In this document: one piece after another, positions 34,562 through 41,424 of the stretch
How positions within the stretch are numbered: position 1 is the stretch's first letter
Layout: every line of letters starts with the position of its first letter
From: Perkinsus chesapeaki ATCC PRA-425
Taxonomy: Eukaryota; Protista; Perkinsozoa
DNA: 41,424 bases
Assembly (NCBI GenBank): GCA_013115145.1
Contig: JAAPAO010000302.1
Location: 1-41,424, forward strand
Direction: 5' to 3'
The notes under the pieces: model-generated
Told to the model about the DNA's origin: nothing
What the model saw: only the letters and a program-made list of their open reading frames with translations
Database searches by the model: none
Position numbers and translations under genes: made by a program

Positions 34562-36050
34562 TTGGGTTTGGACCCTCCACTCTGGTCTCGTTCGGCGGAC
34601 TGGTCACTGAGGAATCGAGTCAATCTCGAGCTCTTCGCACAGTGTATACGCCGAAGCGAAGACGGTAGCACTCCAGACCCCGTTCCGCTCACCAATACCA
34701 GGCTGCAAGAGCTGCGGATGCAGATCTTTTGCACGTCCGATTGCACCGAGAGATGGAAGTCAATCTTTTGCATCTCTATGCTGGATGCACTCATGACACT
34801 AAGGATCCATCGCATAATTGCGAGGGCCTGTCACTTATTGGCCTGTGCAACGATGAGTGCACTATTAGGCACATTGCTCAGAGCTTCTGCGTTAGCTCGC
34901 CAATCAGGACCATCGTTATCTATCACGCAGTCAAGCAGTTTGTAAACGGCCTCCAAGCGGATCCGAATGATGTCCAAGGACCGCGAGCAAGCGTTCCATC
35001 GAGTTTCGCAGATAGCTCGAAGCTCTCGAGGCCCTAGAGTCGGGGGCGGTCGGCGGGGTAAACCATTTTCTGGGTACGCGCGCGGAAAGTGAGCAGGAAA
35101 TCGCTATTATCATACCTATTACTTGAAATCTATCATAAACTAGTAGTAATATGCATTACAATCCTCGCTGGACGCAATATCCTCAAGGTATTTTTAAGAA
35201 TCCCAGATTGCCCAGTATACTCCTCCTAGCGTTATTACAATACGAAGGCAATCGTCCCATCTCAATGGTCGTAGATGCCATGTGCCATATGTGGTATGTC
35301 ACCACAAAGTCCAGACACTTCTTAGCCCGTTCCACTATATATGTCAGAATTACGGACCTGAGCAGGTGGCGTACTCCCCGGAAGATCATCCACAACGCTA
35401 CATCAAGGGGCTCATGAGAACCAACACACTCGTCATTACCGAGCTCTCCGTTGTCGAGAAACCAATATTGTCATCGCGGAAAAACCGGCTCTAAGCACGC
35501 CACGCGATCCGTATTACGACGCTGAACCCGACTACTACCAAAGCTACAGGCACACCACACAACCGGTCCAGTGTACTAGCGGATATAACCAGTATCAGGT
35601 AATAGCACGCCTGGGAAAGTAAACTAGACAGGGCCGAGGGGCGGGCTTACCTGCATTGCGAGAATCTGAACACATATGAATTTAGGATCGAACGTTTCCT
35701 TTCCGAAGAACCTTCCGCCGGCTGCCATGAGGGGATCAATCACATACTGGACAGAAGAGACTTTGGGACAACGCAAGAGGTGACGGAGACTGACGTGATG
35801 AGGAGTTTTTGTGATCGGAAATATACTAAGTGTAACTAAGTCTGACATAAACTACAGAGAGTCGGCTGCTCATTACAATCTTAAGGCTAAATCAAACAGA
35901 CTGATACGACATCAGTACCAGGAAGGGGTCCCGGGTTCGATCCCCGGCCGGGACACCGACGACAAAAGGAATAACAAGGAAGATGCGAGCGATAACGAAT
36001 TAATGCCGGTTGCTGCAGCTATTTACAATAGCCTGCCAGCTGCTCGGTGA
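34562..36050 (+). CDS. Possible multi-exon hypothetical protein
   Basis: Plus-strand blocks such as LLQYEGNRPISMVVDAMCHMW|PFHYICQNYGPEQVAYSPEDHPQRYIKGLMRTN and a terminal block ending at 36050, separated by GT-AG introns. The start is uncertain. Confidence 0.35.
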
Positions 36051-36589
36051 TGATTCAAGAGCCTAGCTTCTTGCGAGCTAGTTCAGTGCCATCAAAGCCT
36101 CTGGTCATCTGGCTCAGATCTATTCGGCTACTAACCTTAGCGTACCTAATAATGGCCGATAATGACCTATTATGGATATTATATATAGCTGTTATGAATA
36201 AATATATGTCACAGGTAGCATATGAGAGACTTCCTCGAAAAGTATATATAAAAATAGTAAATGAGAGATGTGCGTCGTAGCAATTATTAGTTGCTAGAGA
36301 CATTCAAAAGGCATCTCCTTTACGAGACAATCTTAATAGGTAATATCTAATGAGTGCTTCATCCTGGCGACTATTTGACAGTATCCTCTGCTCTCATGTT
36401 CGCCCACATACGATAGTGAGCACTCTCTAGGTCGTCGATGTTTCTAGACTCTAACGAGATCCCACGGCCCTGCCGAATTCACCAGCGCTTCCCTTTATGC
36501 AGTACCCAAGTTTTTCCCAGAACTTCGCCACAGTCTCATCCTGCATCTCCACATAGGCTGTTCGGCATTCCCTATGCTTCCTCAACCAT

Positions 36590-37203
36590 TGGCAGAGCGC
36601 CTGGTCAAGAAGCCGGCCAAAGCCTTGCCCACGGCAGGAGAATGTTCCGCGACCTGAGCCAGCAGCTTTGGTAATTCCTTCGGAAACTATCTCCGCCTAC
36701 TTCTCTTGAACTTGAGCTCATCCGCAGTAGCAAAAAGCAGGATCATAGCGTCACGAGTGACAGAATCGTAACGGTAAAGGCAGGACGCGAGGACTACTGG
36801 CCGAGACTTGGTAGACTCCTCCTCATAAATCTGGAACGAAAAATGTGATAACATGACGCCCTTCGCTCCGCCTTACACACAGGCTTGCACAGTGCATACT
36901 GCAGCCCGAAAAGAAGCTCCTCTCGAAGAGTATTCTGAGCTCGCAGGAGGGGAAGTCTTTAAGGAACATCTCATAGCCGAGACACTTCCGATAGTCCGCC
37001 ACTACCTCTTGAACCTGTCACCATCCATCTCACCACCAACAGCAACGCGCTTCCTCCTACCAAGTGAAGTTGTCGGCTACCAGCGTTATCAAAGCACGAG
37101 GCTGCGCTTCTACGTAATCTTCGGCTTCGTCTGGTAGGCGCTTCTTCGCACGTGGCAAGGCGCATCGAACCCATGGTTTGGCATATCTGACCACCGACAT
37201 TCG
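36590..37203 (-). CDS. Possible multi-exon hypothetical protein
   Basis: Blocks MSVVRYAKPWVRCALPRAKKRLPDEAEDY..., IYEEESTKSRPVVLASCLYRYDSVTRDAMILLF and FPKELPKLLAQVAEHSPAVGKALAGFL. Coordinates are approximate. Confidence 0.4.
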
Positions 37204-37412
37204 AGCCTGGAGGGCACTCTGTAATAAGAGGACTGTCCATGATAGAGTTTGACCCAACGCTATGTTAATAGGGATGTAGGGTAGGCACCGAACTGTTGGA
37301 ACTCAGTCCGGCGAAGCCGTACAAGGTAGGCTCACGATGCGATACTAAATGAAGCGTCCCTATTGCCGGGTAAGAACGAGTAGAAATGTCAGTAGTATCA
37401 TCCGAATTTACA

Positions 37413-37484
37413 TAACCCCGGCGGGACTTGAACCCGCAACCTTCGGCTCCGGAAACCGACGCGCTTCCATTGCGCCACGAGGTC
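37413..37484 (-). tRNA. trnR-CCG: tRNA-Arg, anticodon CCG
   Basis: gacctcg/cggggtt acceptor stem, tggcgcaatgg A-box, anticodon arm tcggt-ttCCGga-gccga, T-loop ggttcaagtccc. Confidence 0.93.
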
Positions 37485-37531
37485 TACGTATATCACCTCC
37501 CGTCAAGAAGCACTGATGACTAAGAAGCTGA

Positions 37532-38014
37532 TCACCAAACGCAAATCACCAACGAATATTTACGCCCTTTCATTTGCATGAAGTTGAGAGCACTCGAGAA
37601 TCTCCAGCTTAACCCGAAATTCGACTCCGACACAATAAATGTCCCCTTCCCGTCTACCTCTACAATATGACCTTTCATAGGCTCACACACCGTAGAACGG
37701 CTCGATCTCCGAGAAGCCCGATACCCTTGAGGAGCGGGCTTCTCGACATGCCTCTGATCTGCCGTAGAGGAAGCTTCTCTCTGCGGGAGCGCCGCATTGG
37801 ACTCGTCCAGCTTCGTCTTCTTAACCGCCTTCTTGCACGGAGCCTTCACGATGCTCTTCCGAGGTGGGGTAACAAACTTCTTGGCTCGAGATACAACCTC
37901 TCTCGCAGCGAGGCTAAGCAAACGCGGGCTGCACCGCGTTCTGAGGAGTCCTGAGTGTGACGGCATTGGGAGGAACCTAACCGGCTGAGGAAGGCCTCCA
38001 AGTGATGCCAACAT
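37532..38014 (-). CDS. Hypothetical Lys/Arg/Ser-rich protein (160 aa ORF)
   Basis: ATG-initiated ORF filling the gap between BUD23 and tRNA-Arg; resembles a transit peptide plus basic region. No family recognised. Confidence 0.5.
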   Translation of the reverse strand: MLASLGGLPQPVRFLPMPSHSGLLRTRCSPRLLSLAAREVVSRAKKFVTPPRKSIVKAPCKKAVKKTKLDESNAALPQREASSTADQRHVEKPAPQGYRASRRSSRSTVCEPMKGHIVEVDGKGTFIVSESNFGLSWRFSSALNFMQMKGRKYSLVICVW

Positions 38015-38124
38015 GGGTAATTCAAAACAAGACTACTTTGAAGGAGTGCTAGAAACTAGATAAGGTTATCAACGTAGTAGTGAAGCTGTTAAGGGGAATA
38101 ACGTACAATATAACAGCGACTGGA

Positions 38125-39732
38125 TTAGAACCGAGGCTTTCTCTTCCTTCCGGTGTATCTGAGAAAATAAGACGATAAGTATGAAGCATACAGTAATATA
38201 TAAATGTAATGAGGAAGTGGCATAAAGATAATATATAAATGTAATGAAGAAGTGGCATAAAGATAATATATAAATGTAATGAGGAAGTGACACAAAAGTA
38301 ACCTGAGTACGCGGGCCCAGATATTTTACTTCGAGTCATGTTTAACCTCTCGGCCCTGCAAACGATGCCGCTCCTTCTTCTCCTGTATCCAGCTACGAGA
38401 CTTCACAGCAGCCTGTAAGCAACTCAACATACCCCAGTCGATGAGCTCCTCCCTAGTACCCTTCCCTCGTGGATTTGATCTCTCCTCCGCAAGCCTTTCT
38501 TCCTGTTCATCCTCCCAGCGTTCTGAACCGCCGTATCGCCCTCGACCGCTGCGCCGCCAGCAGTGGCTGTCAAGCCCTGTGGAACGGCTCCGTTGAAGCC
38601 TATTGTAAAGAGAACCATAGAATTCAGCGACGCCCAACGCTAATAGAATCAAAGGAGCATTCATTACCTGCATAAAGGACGAGGAAATGTTTCTTAGCCT
38701 TGGACGAATGAGGGAAATCCACCACCAGACCGCCACCGAAACCCGAACGCATGGCAGCACTTGTAATCATTTCAACCTGATACAGAAGACGAGATGCTGA
38801 ACAGCTATTCGTGGGATACTTGCTGCTATTGTGGAATACGCAGACAGCCTCACCCGGAGGGATTGTTGAAGGGTTCCCTTACTACCTGTTCGCCACTCTC
38901 TGGATAGAACTGTAAGACAGCCCGACCGCCCTTCTTAAGGCAGTTGAACAGATCCTGGAAGAACTTCCTAAGTCGCCGATAGGGCTCATGACCTGACCAA
39001 CAGGCTACTACAAGCAGCTGTGATGATTAAACTTCACCCTTAACGTCCGAGTTGCAGAGCCACTGTAGAGCTGAAATCGATACGCAACCGTCAAAGGTTC
39101 CAGGACGGAAGCCGAAGCCCTGAATCATACAAAGTAAAGAGGAACTCGCAATACCACCGAAGACCAGGAGATTACCTGACCCATGTCTCCTTGGAGGAAA
39201 TCCCCGCTCTCATCAACCTAACACAAAATGAGTTATGAAAATGAGAGGCAAGGCCATATACTATATACGGGTACGCGTCATACCCACAAGAACTGACGCA
39301 ATTGTTTCCTGGAGAAGGACCCGTTACTACCTCTCGCTCAAGGGCCACGTTGAGCATTGCCGATGAGATATCCAGGCCAACAAAGAAGTGACCATGGTCT
39401 CCTAGAACACCACCAGAGATTCCTGATCCAACTCCCACATCGAGGATCTAACGAGACCGAATCTAAAGACAAGCCGCAACCAAGGAGTGCCTACCAAACT
39501 GGGCTCCTCGTCACTGAGCATCATAAGTTCGATGGCTCGCTCGGTCATCTTACTCTGGATGTCGATCATGCGGCTGTTTGCAGCATACCTACAAAATTAG
39601 GTGGCCATATGATGTACACAGAAGGAACGAGGGCCACGAAGTTTCCAGTCAAACGAAGATATATTACTTTTCAGCCATCTCCTCATCATAGAAGAACTCC
39701 GGCGGGGCGATATGCTCGGGCCGAGTCGCCAT
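38125..39732 (-). CDS. BUD23: 18S rRNA m7G methyltransferase BUD23/WBSCR22, multi-exon
   Basis: [18 protein letters not shown]; GVGSGISG...[13 protein letters not shown]; [22 protein letters not shown]|[10 protein letters not shown]. Confidence 0.93.
38194..38289. repeat. 35-bp minisatellite, about 2.7 copies, in the last BUD23 intron
   Basis: Unit taatatataaatgtaatgaggaagtggcataaaga starts at 38194, 38229 and 38264. Confidence 0.9.
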
Positions 39733-40134
39733 GTTTGGAAGGGGAAGAAACCAATACTGTAGACTTCGTAGACTTACTCATGAAGACAACAAACCCGAAC
39801 GGACACAGATTCTCCGACTCAAGCCACGACGGCATAAGACTGGCGTTGAGTGAATACATACCGTTCCTTCTTTTGTGCATCGGAACCGGTGTGGGCACAG
39901 TTTGCTTCGGAAAGTGTGAAATTCACGCTGTGAGTTGAGTACGAAAGAGCGATGATCCGCCTGTAGATAGACCTGTAATGCGGCCGTATACAGGCGAGTT
40001 GGTAGAAATAGTTCCTAAGGTATGTATCTAACCAGCAAATATCGTTGAAGCAGTCGATAAGATGCACCGACACAAAAGAATTAGGTAAGGTCAACAGGTC
40101 TGCTCCACTCAACATGACGATGCTGAAGTTCCAT

Positions 40135-40207
40135 GCCGGGATAGTCTAGCGGTTATGACGTCTGCCTTACACGCAGAAGGTCGCGGGTTCGATCCCCGCT
40201 CCTGGTA
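40135..40207 (+). tRNA. trnV-TAC: tRNA-Val, anticodon TAC
   Basis: gccggga/tcctggt acceptor stem, tagtctagcgg A-box, anticodon arm tctgc-ctTACac-gcaga, T-loop ggttcgatccc. Confidence 0.93.
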
Positions 40208-41424
40208 TTTGTTCGCGCGAGGTCCTTTGGCACCGTGTCCAGTTGTGCTGCAACACGAGTCTACTGAGCTGGTATGGGGAAGGAAATGGTGCCAAATCCA
40301 TACCACCATCAGACATCATATACTATAGGTAATGTGGGTCAACTCAACTCCCGGAACGATTACCGATGATGTCACACTCAGTGGCATGCCATTCGAAAAC
40401 GTACTCAATTCAATGGACTTTCATTCAAGTTGAACAATCGTCTAATATCATAGAAACGGATGTGAAAAAACACGTTTACTATACAGATGTAGGCCGCAAC
40501 ATACGTTATTAATATCATACTCACATAATCAACAACATCAGTTCATGATATCGATACAGTATATGCACGCATTGGAGAGGATCTGGGTTGCTCTCGGTTT
40601 TATCGTCGAAAGCTCATCTTGAGCTAGAAGTCTACTCATGTGGACATTGTAAGCCTCATCTTTGGCTTCGAGTCACCATCTCCAACTCCAGAGCGCTTGT
40701 TGGATAAAGGCATGCAGATGAGAGACATACTTCATACTTCAACTGCAGAAGTGACTATTAGCTATGAAGGTTTTCAAAACTTCAGGTGCGGCTGACTTGA
40801 CTGAAGTGCAATTCCCTTTCCCCGTAATACGTATTTTGACATGAAATACTTGAAAAATAGGTTAGAATTCTAAGTTACAATGGGCGGAACAATCAACGTA
40901 TCAAACATGTTCACGCGCCGAACCATATACTCAGCCTACTCATCAGCTTTGCACTCAGATAAGTGAGATCCCTACCTTTCTGGTTTTGTCATTATTTACT
41001 GCTTCGAGGGATTGCTCTCCCTCTCGGACTCATTCTGCGGAGTCCCGTTCATCTCCACGGATGGTGGAATGCAGCAACACGCACAGTCTCCTTCCGCGAG
41101 GGAGTTAGGTGCCATACTTCACTAGTTTCAAACTTGTTACACGCCCTCGTTAACCGGAAAGAGCCGAAAGCATCAATCGAAGAGGTGCGCTAAAATAACA
41201 TGGACTACGACTACAGTGCGAACCAAACCGTTATGCAAATTCGTCTTTTTGGTATAACTTTTTTAATTTTATGACTTAGAACATTAAACTTGGAAGATAG
41301 CATGATGGTAACAGTTAAAAATAAATGCTGTAATATCATGACCGTTTCTCCAAATTCCGTTTGGAGTGGAAGTAGATACCAAACTAGTAGACCAACGCAA
41401 TACAACCTGAGGCGGTTGTGATGA

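Noticed and set aside
40310-41424. Short ORFs at the right end of the window
   Set aside because: No coherent exon chain or recognisable domain; left unannotated.

Overview
Intron-rich eukaryotic genomic DNA with many short GT-AG introns. Gene content and style suggest an alveolate protist, most likely Perkinsus; this is an inference, not a database result. Recognisable genes: a PKD2-like channel, TTLL1, a decaying tandem family of small secreted proteins, an RGG plus nucleotidyltransferase-like gene, nucleoredoxin, sortilin/VPS10, an intronless LpqC-type esterase, BUD23, tRNA-Arg(CCG) and tRNA-Val(TAC). Two things stand out. (1) A complete, apparently very recent 5.86-kb tyrosine-recombinase retrotransposon (gag, RT-RNaseH, YR; minus strand) with identical split direct repeats A1...B1-A2-B2 and no target-site duplication (10253-16112). 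(2) At least seven 22-bp scars with unrelated sequences but one geometry, T[1-7] + reverse-complement(T) + T[2-8] for an 8-mer T. This is the product predicted when a hAT-type transposase excises an element through flank hairpins and the ends rejoin on the 8-bp TSD. Three scars are stacked head-to-tail at 29313-29371. Exon boundaries were inferred by eye, so spans of spliced genes are approximate. The scar search was manual and may be incomplete.
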